From Octopus vulgaris (Eukaryota): DNA of 64,000 bases. Position numbers and translations under genes: made by a program. Within the stretch, counting starts at the first letter, position 1. Each line of letters opens with the position of its first letter. Under the pieces are notes generated by a model. The model was given only the letters and a program-made list of their open reading frames with translations. It was not told the origin of the DNA and did no database searches. The stretch covers positions 76,570,001 to 76,634,000 of the forward strand of contig OX597822.1 in assembly GCA_951406725.2 (NCBI GenBank), given 5' to 3'. Shown piece by piece: positions 1 to 13,312 of this stretch.

Positions 1-514
1 CACATATACATATGCATATATACAGATACACGTAAACAACAAACACATACACATGTACTCACACACATGCACACACAGATATACACACACATACTCACAC
101 ACAGTATAAGAAAAAGAGTAGTAAATCTCTTGATGGCAAGCTAAAACACCTGGTTTTGTTCCCCTATATGTACAAACTCATACAGATCTCATTAAGCCGC
201 TTCAAAGAAAACAAAGTCTTCTTGACTGATAAGAATTAAGTTATTTACCAATATACCCCACCATGGGCCCGGGAACAGTGGGTGAAAGTGGTGCAAGCAC
301 ACCCACTATAATTTTTGCGGAGTGCAGAACCAAAATTTGCAGCCCTACTTATTTTCCTCGGGTTTAGAAAACAGTAAATAAAAAGTGATGTGTATAAAGT
401 AGCTAGAAGTTAGGTTCCTTCTCAAAGAACAAAAAAAAAAGACCTTGTTTGTAAACATTTTTGAACCTGGGTTTGCACCCCTTAAGCAAATTTCACTCCC
501 GAGCCAGTGAGCCC

Positions 515-770
515 AAACATTTGCCTTGCAGACATGCTGCCATCTCCTCTTACTTTCTTTTATTGTTACTACAGTTACCCCTTTACTTCAGCGATAGCTG
601 TTCCCCTGATACCCCCACTTGGGGCCTATTTGACTCAGTCACCTCTTTTTCTAACTAGAACCGCAAGATAGATTCTTCAAGCAAACAGTGGGGTGAACTG
701 TTTTTTAGCTCACAGAATATTCTGCCTGGCCTTACTTTTCCCTGCATCCCTCATCTGACAGGTATTTGAA
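515..770 (+). mobile_element. Decayed CR1/Jockey-group LINE ORF2 C-terminus, interrupted at 771 by a SINE
   Basis: Frameshifted translation LPCRHAA../SLTFFYCYYSYPFTSAIAVPLIPP..LPGLTFP resembles the SLSLFYRYY-G-CS-EL--LIP and LP--FP motifs of CR1/Jockey-group C-termini. Confidence 0.45.
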
Positions 771-1150
771 TACTCTTTTACTCTTTTACTTGTTTCAGTC
801 ATTTGACTGTGGCCAGGCTGGAGCACCGCCTCTAGTCAAGCAAATCGACGCCAGGACTTATTCTTTGCAAGCCTAGTACTTATTCTATCGGTCTCTTTTG
901 ACGAACCGCTAAGTTACGGGGACGTAAACACACCAGCATCGGTTGTCAAGTGATGTTGGGGGGACAGAAACACAAACACACATATACGACGGGCTTCTTT
1001 CAGTTTCCGTCTACCAAATCCACTCACAAGGCTTTGGTCATCCCGAGGCTATAGTAGAAGACACTTGCTCAAGGTGCCATGCAGTGGGATTGAACCCAGA
1101 ACCATGTGGTTGGTAAGCAAGTTACTTACCACACAGCCACTCCTGCACCT
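771..1150 (-). mobile_element. tRNA-derived SINE family 1, full length
   Basis: Head GGTGCAGGAGTGGCTGTGTGG (A box) and GGTTCAATCC (B box), central microsatellite, tail GGTGCTCCAGC..TGACTGAAACAAGTAAAAGAG. About 20 related copies lie in this window. Confidence 0.9.
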
Positions 1151-2758
1151 ATGAATAGAACATCCTGTAGTGAATAGAACATCAACTGTGTTGATTTCAG
1201 CAGTCTGCAGAGGTCTGTAATGGTGCTGGACACAACTCCTTCCTCCAGGCCAAGCAGTAAAAAAAAACAAAAAAAAACTAGAACTGCAGATGGTCAAACT
1301 CTCTGAGAAACAATTCTAATGTCCATTATTTTTCTATTAGTTCTCCATTATATTTTCATTTCACAGCTAAATCCAATTATTTCTCACAAATAAGAGGCCA
1401 TACTACAGATGATGACATCACAAAGTGACCATCCACATTTCTCCACTTGATCTCTATTGCTTCCCTAATGTTAGTTGTGTTGAAATATTTAACACTTTTC
1501 AAAACCAATCCACATGGGACCACCTCTTACTATATTGTACAAAATCTTCTCATTTTAAAATATATTTATATTAAAACTTTTCATTGTAATTTTAAGTTAC
1601 AACTTTTATTTGTAAATCTATATTCTAATTACCATCTTATATGAAAAGGTTAATTATTTTATGAAATCCTTGCAAATTGTTAATTATTTTTGGAATTAAT
1701 TGAAATATGTTATGTATTTCGTTAGAGATTAGTCATGTAAAGGTTAGTGCCTATTATCTAACATTAAAAATAAAAAAATAAAAACTCGTTAAAAATAATT
1801 AGCTATTGAGTAAAAGACAATATTGATTTCAAATTTTGGCACAAGGCCAGTAATTTTGGGGGAGGGGTTCAGCCAATTACAGAGACCCTAGTGTTCACCT
1901 GGACCTTATTTCATCAACCCTGAAAGGATGAAAGGCTAAGGCAACCTAAGAGGAATTTAAGGGAAAAGACAATATTAGTTTTATCTTTTATGTGCTTCAG
2001 TCATTAGACTACAGCCATACTGGGGCACACTGCCTTAAAGAGCTTCTTGAAACGAATTGATCCCAATAATTATTCTATCCTTTAAAAGTCTGGTACTTAT
2101 CCTGTTGGTCCTTATTTGTTGAACTGCTAAGTTATGGGAACATGAAAGAAATACTGGTTGTCGACTACTAGACACACACACACATACACACACACACACA
2201 TACACACTCACACACACACACACACACACACACAGAGGTACATACGCCTCCAAGATTCACTCGCAAGGCATTGGTTAGCCTGTGGTAACATAAGAAGGCA
2301 CCCAAAATACCCTCACAATGAGACTAAAAACTGAAATCGAAAAAATATGGCTGCAAAGTGTGCTTCTTTTGTGGAAATATGGGAAACAACTTTTGACATG
2401 TTTCGGTATTATTCTGATCTCATCAAGTAAACATAACTTTTGCTGTATTTGATGAAGTAGAGTTGAAAGAATGAATAATTGATTGTACAAGATTTGTACA
2501 TTGGTTAGTGTGAGCAGAACCTTGTTTCAAAAACCAGAAAATATTCCAATCCTTAATAATTATTTTCTACTCTAGGCACAAAGTCCGAAATTTTGTGGGG
2601 AGAGGGCCAGTTGATTAGATCAACCCCAGTACACAACTGGTACTGAATTTATACACCCTGAAACAATGAAAGGCAAAGTCGACCTCGGCGGAATTTGAAC
2701 TCAGAACATAATTCTTAATAATTGTTAATCTTTATATAGTGCATCCTGTGCGATGTCT

Positions 2759-2905
<147 letters not shown>

Positions 2906-2917
2906 TATTTATGCATC

Positions 2918-3335
2918 AAGGCAGTGAGCGGGCAGAATCATTAGCTTGCCACGCAAAATGGTTAACAGTATTTTGTCTGTCTTCTGAGTTCAAATTCCGC
3001 CGAGGTCGACTTTGCCTTTCATCCTTTCGGGGTCGATAAATTAAGTACCAGTTACGCACTGGGGTCGATATAATCGACTTGATCCGTTTGTCTGTCCTTG
3101 TTTGTCCTCTCTGTGTGTAGCCCCTTGTGGGTAGTAAAGAAATAGGTATTTTGTCTGTCTTTACGTTCTGAGTTCAAATTCCACCAAGGTCAACTTTGCC
3201 GTTCATCCTTTTAAGGTCGATGAAATAAGTTACACACCAGTTATGCACTGGGGGTCGATGTAATCAACTAACCCCCCCCCCCCGCCACCATTCTTTCCTG
3301 AAATTGCAGGCCTTGTGCCTATAATAGAAAGGATT
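2918..3335 (+). mobile_element. SINE family 2 with a duplicated central domain
   Basis: Head AAGGCAGTGAGC..CAGAATC and B-box GAGTTCAAATTC. The central domain GGTCGACTTTGCCTTTCATCCTTTCGGGGTCGATAAATTAAGTACC occurs twice. Related copies at about 1825-1960, 2560-2705, 7610-7815, 10165-10305, 20875-21000, 29220-29425, 45420-45630, 59498-59985 and 63760-63968. Confidence 0.85.
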
Positions 3336-3734
3336 ATATTTGTGCATCAACCAAATGAGATAAATCCAATGAAGGTAAAATAATGTTTCAAATCATTCCA
3401 AAAATGTTTCTACACTCTTTCATTTTGGCAATGAAGATTTTCAGGAGGATTTTCAAAGCAATTTCATAGCCCCAGAGAATTTTGGAGGTCTGCCTTCACC
3501 TCCAGCACCACCTCCTGTTCCCAAGCTTATGACTACATGGGTAAACGGGTACCAGCCACGCATCCACGTCATGTTTCCAACAAGCTTTCATCATTGCTAT
3601 TTGGCCATATCCCATGGCTGCCTCTCTCGATTATTCATTGGATCTCTTTACCTTACTTCAAAGTCACTATCATCACTTACAATAGCTTACTCGATTGTTC
3701 TGTGTTGTTTCTTCCATTCTTTATTCTTTTATTG

Positions 3735-4125
3735 CTTTTACTTCTTTCAGTCATATTCACTGTGGCCATGCTGGAGCACCGCCTTTAGTTGAACAAATCA
3801 ACCCCAGGACTTATTCTTTGTAAGCCTAGTACTTATTCTGTCGGTCTCTTTTGCAGAACTGCTAAGTCACAGGGGCATAAACACACTAGCATCGGTTGTC
3901 AGGCGATAGCGGGGCGGGGACAAACACATATACACCTATATATACTGTATATATACATACATTATGACAGGCTTCTTTCAATTTCCATCTATCAAATCCA
4001 CTCACAAGGCTTTGGTTGGCCTAAAGCTATAGTAGAAGACGCTTGCCGAAGGTGCCATGCAGTGGGACTGAACCCAGAACCATGTAGTTGTTAAGCAAGC
4101 TTCTTACCACACACCCACTCCTGTG
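3735..4125 (-). mobile_element. SINE family 1
   Basis: Same head, core and tail as 771-1150. Confidence 0.9.
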
Positions 4126-4540
4126 CCATCTTCGTATTTTCTTCTCAATCCCTCACCTGTAACACTTCTCACTAAACATTAACCATTAACCATTCTCATA
4201 ATAGTGTCTTTCCATTAATTTTAACCCATTAAGGCATAAATTTTAATTAACGTTCTACAATTAATTAGAATTAAATAACGAGAAAAATAAACAATGTGAG
4301 TGAAAAAGTCGTAAAACAATGATTATGTAACAGTTTGAAATCATGGAAAGTTAATAAAATGTGGAGAGTGTTTCAAATTTAATCATTCAGAATTTATTAT
4401 TTACTTGCTTCAGTCACTGGACTACTACCATGCTGGAGCACCACCCTGAAGGGTTTTAGTAGAATAGGTCAACCCTGGTACTAATTTTTAAGTCCAGTAA
4501 TTATTCTAGTGGTGTAAAAATAAGTAAACAAACAACCCCA

Positions 4541-4838
4541 TTATTTACATTATTTACATTTGATGGATATTTTTTGTTTCTTGTTAACACAACTTTTTGG
4601 CTGATATACACTCCACCCTTCATCAGGTGTCTTGGGGAAATTTAAAACCTGGGTTCTCATTCCTAAGGTATTATTATTATTATTAGTAGTAGTAGTAGTA
4701 GTAATAGTAGTAGTAGTAGAATTGAAATCGGAATCTTGGGGTTAGTAGCCCACACTCTTAACCACTACGCAATATGCCTGTGGGCAATTATGAAGTGAAT
4801 TTTAGGGCTCATAAATCTACTATTTTCATAACCCTCCA
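4541..4838 (-). mobile_element. Single-arm copy of hammerhead/tRNA element family A, inserted into a family 1 SINE (about 4398-5090)
   Basis: Reverse complement gives a tRNA-like head TTGCGTAGTGGTTAAGAG, a simple repeat, then AGACAC-CTGATGA-AGGGTG..CAGCC-AAAA. The host SINE resumes at about 4839 (gttgccaagtg). Confidence 0.8.
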
Positions 4839-5587
4839 GTTGCCAAGTGATGGGAGAACACACACACTTACACACACACACGCACGTGCGTGTGTGTGTG
4901 TGTGTATGAATATGTACAACAGGGTTCTTTCAGTTTCTAACTAGTTGACGGAAGAAATCCACTCACTTGGCTTGGACTTGGTTGGCCCGGCCCAGGGCTA
5001 TAGTAGAAGACACTTATCCAAGACGCCATGCAATGGAATTGAACTCAAAACTACACGGCTCAGAAGCAAACTTCTTACCACACAGCAATGTTTGTGACTA
5101 TCAATTTACATAATCCTATTGTTTTGTGATCACTAGGCATTAATGGATTAATATTCAGCTCAGTATGCATCATGGAACGCAATCAATCTCACCCTATGAA
5201 TTTAATAAAAGGTTCAGTTTGAAATTCTAAGAACTTTACTAAATACAACAGCCATCTGAAGAAAAGCCTTGGGGTACAACTACTGACAGATTGTGATTTT
5301 AACAATAAAGATTAGGAAACTATTCCAAATATATCATAGTATAATAGATGTAATAAGAGAAGCAAGTGTAAGAGATTTGGATTTTTAAAAATATGTTATT
5401 CAGATAGGTGCAGGCATGGCATTGTGGTAAGGAATTTGCTTCTGAATCATATGGTTCTGGATTCGATCCCACAGAATGACATCTTGAGCATGTGTCTTTT
5501 ATTATAGGCTCAGGACAACTAAAGCCTTATGGGTAGATTTTTGTAGATAGAAACTGAAAGAAGCCCATCATATACATATATATATAT

Positions 5588-6027
5588 GAAAAGATTTGTA
5601 GAGGTAACACACGAGTAAGTAGATATTGATGGAAAACAAGAATGAAAATGCTACTTTCTTAAAATTGGGTACATTTTAATTTTCCTTTTACATGCTTCAG
5701 TTTTTGAAAAAGCTTATCAAAAATATTTAGGAAAATGGAATATGTAAAGAGAAAATTAATAAAAATATTAAATTAAAATGAAAATTAAGATTAAGATTAA
5801 CATTCATAGTTTACTTTCCATTTTCCTCTTGCAGGAAAAAGGAATGTAAATTATGTATGTTAATTTAAATGCTAATTTAATATTTTTATTAATTCTTTTC
5901 TCTTTACACATTCCATTTTAGTACATACTTTTGATAAGGTTTTTCAAAAACCGAAACATGTAAAAGGAAAATTAAAATGTACCCAATTTTAAGAAAGTAG
6001 CATTTTCGTTCTTGTTTCTCATAAATA
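5588..6027. mobile_element. Fold-back element family B (arms of about 200 bp) with degenerate hammerhead and a one-sided tail of about 35 bp
   Basis: 5623-5830 is the reverse complement of about 5834-6027. The right arm reads CTT-TTGATAA-GGTTTTT-C-AAAAACC-GAAA-CATG-TA-AAAGG (5928-5967). Inserted in (TA)n. Confidence 0.75.
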
Positions 6028-6042
6028 TATATACATATATAT

Positions 6043-6085
<43 letters not shown>

Positions 6086-6086
<1 letters not shown>

Positions 6087-6435
6087 AACAGTATTAATAA
6101 AATAGGAGATGGGATTTGTAAATAGACTTTATTGGGTACAACACATGATTCAACCCATTCTGGGTCTCTTTAGGTACATCAATAAAAAGTCTCACTTGAA
6201 TTTGATCGACATATAGCGGTATGTAAGCTGACTCAAGAAATCTCTAGTGAGAATTTTTATTGATGTACCTGAAGAGACCCAGAATTGGCTGAAAGTCTAT
6301 AACACATTCTATCTCCTATTTTATTAATACTGTTACCCCAACGACCACTATGAAGTGTAGATAACAACTGGTAATCAAAACTGTGCCAGTGCTTTACTCA
6401 TCATCCATTTATATATTTTGTAGAATTTCTCCATA
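6086..6435 (+). mobile_element. Fold-back element family C with hammerhead core and a one-sided tail of about 100 bp
   Basis: Arms 6086-6197 and about 6246-6335 are inverted. Right arm GTAC-CTGAAGA-GACCCAGAATTGGCT-GAAA (6265-6294). The left arm reverse complement retains GAATCATGTGTT-GTAC. Flanked by (TA)n. Confidence 0.75.
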
Positions 6436-6906
6436 ATATATATATATATATATATATATGGTTGGTAAGCAAGCTACTTACTACACAGTCACTTCTATGC
6501 ATACAATAATTATTTTGCAAAAGAGACCGATAGAGTTAGTACCAGGCTTTAGAAAATTAAAGAAGTTCTGGGGTTGGTCCATTCTATTAAAAATTCATTA
6601 AGGTGATGCCCCAGCATGTCCGCAGTCTAATGCCTGAAACAAGTAAAGGACTGTCTAGAGAGTTTGAGGTACAAGACCATTTCTTTGGAAAATATAGTGA
6701 GGCTGTAGCTGTGTGTGCGATGATGATGCTGTTTATGATAGTAACTAATGGATTGGAATGAAGTGGCAGTAAATTTTAATCATCGTTAAAGGGTGGACAG
6801 GTAGGAAATGAACTTCCAAAGGTAGCACTGATTGTTACAGGTGGTGGGGATGATGATGACGATGATGAAGATAATGATAATGGTGATGCTGACGGTGATT
6901 ATGATA

Positions 6907-7500
6907 ACTTTTTATTCTTTTACTTGTTTCAGTCATTTGACTGGGGCCATGCTGGAGCACCGCCTTTAGTCGAGCAAATTGATCCCAGGACTTATTCTTT
7001 GTAAGCCTAGTACTTATTCTATCGGCCTCTTTTGCCGAACCGCTAAGTTACGGGGATGTAAACATGCCAGCATCGATTGTCAAGTGATGTTGGGGTGACA
7101 AACACAGACACACAAACACACACACTCACATGTATTTATTATTTTATTATTGTTCGACCGTGGTCGAGACAATGGAATTTACTATGTTACGCCAGACTTC
7201 ACAGTCCATCATAGCATTACGGAGGTCCTGTTGCTGGATGCCTGTATCCCTGGAGATTACATCAAGGTAGGAGAGTGTGCACCCTCTGGTATTGCGAGTA
7301 GATGGCTTCCAGAGGAGAAGAGTAGAAATTACTTCTTTTTCAGCTCTACAACAATGTCCAGCAAACTGGACTCTCCTACCATTCACAAGAGATGATACAC
7401 ATATATACGACAGGCTTCTTTCAGTTTCTGTCTCCCAAATCCACTCATAAGGCTTTGGTCGGCCGAGGCTATAGTAGAAGACACTTGCACAATGTGCCGT
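6907..7500 (-). mobile_element. SINE family 1 split by an RTE LINE 3' end
   Basis: SINE tail half at 6907-7130 and head-side half at 7395-7500 flank the LINE fragment. Confidence 0.85.
7132..7394 (-). mobile_element. RTE-clade LINE 3' end (ORF C-terminus plus (TAA)n tail)
   Basis: ORF 7147-7386 RRVQFAGHCCRAEKEVISTLLLWKP...LSYLDVISRDTG...MMDCEVWRNIV matches the RTE C-terminal RRL-FAGH...M-DR--W motif. Confidence 0.85.
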
Positions 7501-7889
7501 AACGCTCTAACAATGAAGATGATGATGACCAAGGGGATGAGGAGTATGACAGGGCAATGGTTGCAGCAATAGTGTATGGTGGGAGTGATAATGAGCATGG
7601 GGATGCTATTTATTTATTGCTCACAAGTGGACAATCAAGGACAGACAAAGGAATTAAGTTGATCACATTGACCCCAGTGTGTAACTGGTACTTATTTATC
7701 GACCCTGAAAGGATGAAAGACAAAGTCGACCTCGGTGGAATTTGAACTCAGAACAGAGCAGCAGACAAAATACTGCTAAGCATTTCACCTGGTGTGCTAA
7801 CGTTTCTGCCAGATCACCACTTTAATGAACATGGGGATGGTCACGGTAATGGCAATGGTGATGATAGACACAGACAGACTGACAGATAT

Positions 7890-8016
7890 GTATTGTTGCC
7901 TATGTATGTCTTTATGTATGAGTGTATATATATATATATATATATATATGTAATATATATGTATAGTATATATACATACACACACACACATATGTACATA
8001 TATACACATATATCTT

Positions 8017-8059
<43 letters not shown>

Positions 8060-8133
8060 TATATGTAATATATATGTATAGTATATATACATACACACAC
8101 ACACACATATGTACATATATACACATATATCTT

Positions 8134-8180
<47 letters not shown>

Positions 8181-8332
8181 CTATATATCTGTGTCTATTA
8201 TACATATACACACACACACACACACATATATACACACATATATATATATGTATATATTTATATACATGTACATATAAATGTATGTATGTTTATACATATA
8301 TATATGCACACATATATACATACATATATATA

Positions 8333-8373
<41 letters not shown>

Positions 8374-8415
8374 GCACATACACACATATATATACATATA
8401 TATTCAAATATATAT
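7890..8415. repeat. Compound (TA)n/(CA)n/(TACA)n microsatellite with a local duplication of about 115 bp
   Basis: The block atatgtaatatatatgtatagtatatatacatacacac..atcttt occurs at about 7946 and about 8061. Confidence 0.9.
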
Positions 8416-9077
8416 CACTCTGTTGCTGATGATATGCATGGTATGAAAGGGGTAGATACAATTGATTGATAATATTTCTTTACTTATTTATTGCCATCGA
8501 TTGACAGCAACTTGTTTAATGTACATTTCATGATTTAAAGGGGTGGTGGGAATGGAGGGAGAAGGTGCAGGGGTGTGGGGGTTGACGAGACTGCATTTAA
8601 AAATGAAGCTGTCAGATTGACTTAGATCATTTCGTGCCTGCTTCTCTGGAAAAGCAAATATTGATACCTGTCATCACGAGAGGGGGAAAAAAAAAGATTC
8701 AGTGCAGAAACAGAGGTCAGCCTAAAGGAGCAAGCAGTATCTTCGTCGACCCTCACCCAATCCGTAAGAATCGCATTTGACCCGCCACTGCCACCGCCAC
8801 CACCACCACCGCCACCACCACCACCGCCACCATCACCGCAATCCCCCACCACCACCACTACCGCAACCCCCCACCTCACCCCTGCCACCGTCGTCATCAT
8901 CTTGGTCGTCATCGCAAACATTGGCAGGCAGCGCTAATTCCTTTACAAGAACTGATCTTATATAGCATGTAGATAGATATCTATTCTACTTTCATTTTGT
9001 CAGGAACGGGAGATTTTGTTGTTGTTGTTGTTGATGATGTTATTTAGCTTTAAAATCATTTGCTAAGTTTATTTCTT

Positions 9078-9465
9078 TATCATCGTCATCATCATCATCA
9101 TCATCAACATTAGTATCATCAACATCAGCATCATCAGCATTGGCGTTACCATTACCATCTACATTACCACCATTACCATCACCGTAATCATAGCCCATAT
9201 CATTATCATCATCATAATCCTCACTGTCATTATCATCATCATCACCATCATCATCATCGTCAGAATCAGCATCATTATCATCATCAGCATCATCAACATC
9301 ATCATCAGCAGCATTACCATTATCATCTACATCACCACCATTACCATCACCATAATCATAGCCCATATCATTATCATCATTATAATCATCACCATCATTA
9401 TCATCATCATCATCATCATCAACATCTTCACCACCACTACCACCACCACCATCATCATTATCATT
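9078..9465. repeat. Degenerate (CAT)n tract with an internal duplication of about 168 bp
   Basis: ccatcacc(g/a)taatcatagcccatatcattatcatcat occurs at about 9176 and about 9344. Confidence 0.85.
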
Positions 9466-11113
9466 TAGATGCCGAAAATTTTTCCACAAAGAAGCATCGT
9501 TTAAATGAAAGATGATGCGATTAATGTTTGAGAATTCAGTAAGAAATAGAAAGAATTTGTCTGTTGATTGATGCCAAGTAGACAGAACCTATTTACAGAG
9601 GAATGGCACAATCTGTAAGTAATTATTAAATTGATTGGTACAGTCTGGAGATGCTGATGGAATATACAGACATTTATTGAGCTGATATAACGTATTAACG
9701 AAGTTAACTGGATTGGTATTGTGTGTACCTGTTGACTGGATTGACACAGAGAGCAGATGACATCTGGATTGGCAATGTGTGTAGATGACATCCTCTGAAT
9801 TGACATTTTAGTGTAGATATTGACATGTTGACGAAATAGTTACACTGTATAGAGACTAACTGGCTAGATACTGTATATTCTTACTTATATACATGAAGAC
9901 ATGTGGTTCAGTGGTGTGGGGATTTGACAGCTTATGATGGTGTATTTACGTCCCTGTAACTTAGCAGTTTGGCAAAAGACACCGATAAAATAAGTACTGG
10001 GCATACAAAGAATAAGTCCTGTGGCTGATTTCTTTGACTACAGGTGGTGCTCCAGCATTTATTGGTGACTGAAACAAATGAAAGAGTAAATGTACATGCA
10101 CGCATGCAAGCACGCCCGCACATGTGCACACACACACACACACATATATATATACATATATATTCTTTTCTACTCTAGGCACAAGGCCCGAAATTTTGGG
10201 GAGTGCACCGGTCAATTAGATCAACCCCAGTATGCAGCTAGTACTTAACTTATCAACCCTGAAAGGATGAAAGACAAAGTTGACCTCAGTGGAATTTGAA
10301 CTCAGAATGCAATAAATGGATTGGTGCTGTGTTAAAGATATTGGTTATTAGGGATAGTTCTTTGTTGTTGATTATACACATGGTCTATAGAAGATGATTC
10401 TATAGTGTGTTGACGGAATACACACAATCTTTAGATGTCACCTAGATAAACATGGTATGTACATATTGTTGACTCATCAAGCTCAGTTCTTTGATGCCAA
10501 CTAGATAGACACAGTTGCTAGCTATTTACTCAATCAGCCCAGACTGTATACTAGTTAGATTAGCACAGTTTGTAGTCAATGTGTAGATTATACAGACACA
10601 ATCTGTGTTTACTGGATGGATGCATTATCTAAATTTTAATCAGATAGATCTTGACTAGACAGATTATCATTATATCCTGTATTTTCGCATGAAGCCTCTC
10701 TTCTTAGCAGATTATATTTTCGTCAGTCGAAGAGTTAGTTAAGCTATCAAAAGAAACCAATTAAACTTCACACTTTGTCTGTTATCTGATAGAGATGTGA
10801 TGATACAGAAGTGAAGTCATTTTAGATTTGAGAGAGAGGTGAAGGTCTGGTGTTGGTGGAAAACATTGTTCTCTGTCATCATCTTCATTTTAACATCCAC
10901 TTTTCCATGCTTGTATGAGCCAAACAGGATTCACTGAGACAGACTTTGTACAGCCAGATACTCTTCCCATTGCCAACATTTGCTTTTCCTGAACAATGGT
11001 AATATTTCTGTAGAGTTAGACATGTTTATGCAGAACATTGGAATTGAACAACACTGCTTATATGATAGTGACACTCATTTACAGATAGTATTCTATGTCA
11101 AGATAGATAGTAC

Positions 11114-11200
11114 TCGAAATTTCCCCAAGACACCTGAAGAAAGCTGGAGGGTTAACGACAAACAAGATGAGGACAAAATATCCATCAAATGTAAATAATG
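11114..11200 (+). mobile_element. Internally deleted fragment of hammerhead element family A
   Basis: tcgaaatttccccaagacacCTGAAGAaagctggagg...aaacaagatgaggacaaaatatccatcaaatgtaaataatg matches the family A arm. Confidence 0.75.
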
Positions 11201-12142
11201 TCGAGACACATATATACACACTCGGTTGGCCCAGAGGAAGCAACCTTTTCAGCTACACACACACACACACAAAACGGCACCTGTATCTATAGAGGAAATT
11301 TCCATTAAAATGTGAAAAGCAGAGACAATAATTTCTTGGAAATTCTTGCTGCTTATGCAAAATATGAAATAAAAATTGGAGAAACATCTATGTCTTTTGC
11401 AAGGGAAAGGCATGACCATCACAACTTCAAACTCATTACTTGTCCATAATCAATGCAAATAATCTATTAATAGACTATTGATTAAAAGTATTATTGGTTC
11501 GTTGACATGCATATAAATCCTAGTGTGTGTTTCTGTGTGTGTTTCTGTGTGTGCACGTGTGTGCATGCGCATGTGTGTCTATATGTGTGCACACACACAT
11601 CTGTTTGTGAGTGTATTGTTGTAAAGGGCCATAGAAACTGAGAGAAACTGATGAAAACTCATCTATGTATGTATGTATGTGTTTATGTGTCAAGTTTGTC
11701 AGTGCATGTGTCTGTGTCACCCACCATCACTTGACAGCAGGTGGTGGTTTGTTTGCATCCCTGTAACTTAGCAATTCAACCAAAAAAAAACAAAGGAACA
11801 ATAAATACCAGGCTCATAAAACAAAATATGTTGGGGTCAATTCATTCTTCAAAGCAGTGCCCCAGCATGGCCAGGGACTAATGACTGAAGCAAGTAAAAG
11901 ATAGAAATAAGAAATAAAAGATAGACTAACTTGGAATTGAAACTGAATTGTCTGTTGTTAAATCGAGAACTTTATTTCATGTCTGTAAGTTTTGTGGTTG
12001 TTAACCGGCCATCAGGTTATCAACTCGACTTTGTCTAAAACTTTCTATTCGTATATCTATTTCATATGTCACTCCAAATTTATTTGTAGGAAGACACATA
12101 AAAATAGATATGTATAAATTTCCCTGGGTATACACAAGAGCA

Positions 12143-12178
<36 letters not shown>

Positions 12179-13157
12179 ATGAGAAAACACATCCATGCAC
12201 CTACACAAAAAATGTGTGTGTGTGTGTATGTGCTTGCTTGTGTTCATGTATATATATATATAATACCCTTATATATGTGTGAGTGCACGTGTGTGTGTGC
12301 ATGTGTAAATATGTATAGACATATGTGTATGGATATGTACACAAACATGTTTGTGTATGTGTGTTTGTATTTATGTATATATAATACCCTTGTATGTATG
12401 TATGTGTGTGTGTTTGTGTGTGTATGTGTTGATATATATATGTGTGTGTATATGGATATATACACAAACATGTTTATATGTGTGTGTGTTTAACTAGGTT
12501 TGTATATATGAATGTATGTATATCTGTAGGTCTGTGTATAAACATATAAGTTCATGTAAGTATTTTGTATATGTTATTCGCAAACATAAGAGAAACAAGG
12601 GAGTCCGAATAAATCAATGAGAGCAAAAGAGAGAGGAATGGATGTGTGGGGGGGGGGGAAAGAGACAAAGCAAGCCAACCATCCAACCAACAAACCAACA
12701 AACCAAACAAACAAACAAAGTTGAGGTTTCATTGTCTTAAACATAAATCTTTCTGTTTAATTCTCATTCTATAATAAGTTAAATATCTTGCAATTGCGTG
12801 TTTTGTTGTTTGTTTATCAGTAATTCCTGCCATTGTTCTGCTAATAATTCCCAATAAGGAACTAAATTCAATGAAACACAATGCCGCAATAAACCTTGAA
12901 ATAAACCCAATGTTCTTCTCAACTTGTTGTTGTTTTCAGTTAACCCCCCACCCCACCCTACTCTTTCCATCTTATATATCCTGGAATGTGTTAGCCCATG
13001 TTTCTTGTTTTATTTATTTGTGTTTTCAAGTCTACAGTGGGTGTGTGGTTAAGAATCTTACTTCTAAACCACTTGGTTTTGGGTTCAGTCCTACTGTGTG
13101 GTACCTTGGGCAAATGTCATTTGCTCTTATTATAACATTGGACTAACCATTGGACAA

Positions 13158-13312
13158 GTGAAGGTGCATGGCTCAGTGGTTAGTGCATCGATCTTACGAC
13201 TGTGAGGTTGTGAGTTTGAATCCCGGACCAAGCTGCATGTTGTGTTTTTGAGCAAGACACTTTATTTCACATTGCTCCAATTCACTCAGCTGTAGAAATG
13301 AGTGGGGACGTC
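13158..13312 (+). mobile_element. tRNA-derived SINE family 4 (5' part)
   Basis: A box TGGCTCAGTGG and B box GAGTTTGAATCC, followed by TTGAGCAAGACACTTTATTTCAC. Related copies at about 16603-16930, 28500-28790(-), 37745-37980, 40355-40520, 43720-43990 and 61200-61335(-). Confidence 0.8.

Noticed and set aside
262-510. Possible MITE with CATGGGCCCGGGAA / CTCCCGAGCCAGTG ends
   Set aside because: The TIR match is weak, there is no TSD, and only one copy is in the window.
7794-8469. Numerous YI/CV/HT-repeat ORFs here and throughout the window
   Set aside because: They are translations of dinucleotide and tetranucleotide microsatellites.
8636-8770. Possible exon ending at tcc|GTAAGA
   Set aside because: No convincing acceptor and no recognisable protein motif in the open frame.
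9040-9489. 149-aa Asp-rich ORF resembling acidic biomineral proteins
   Set aside because: It is a degenerate (GAT)n tract with a local duplication, has no ATG start or signal peptide, and similar tracts recur elsewhere in the window.
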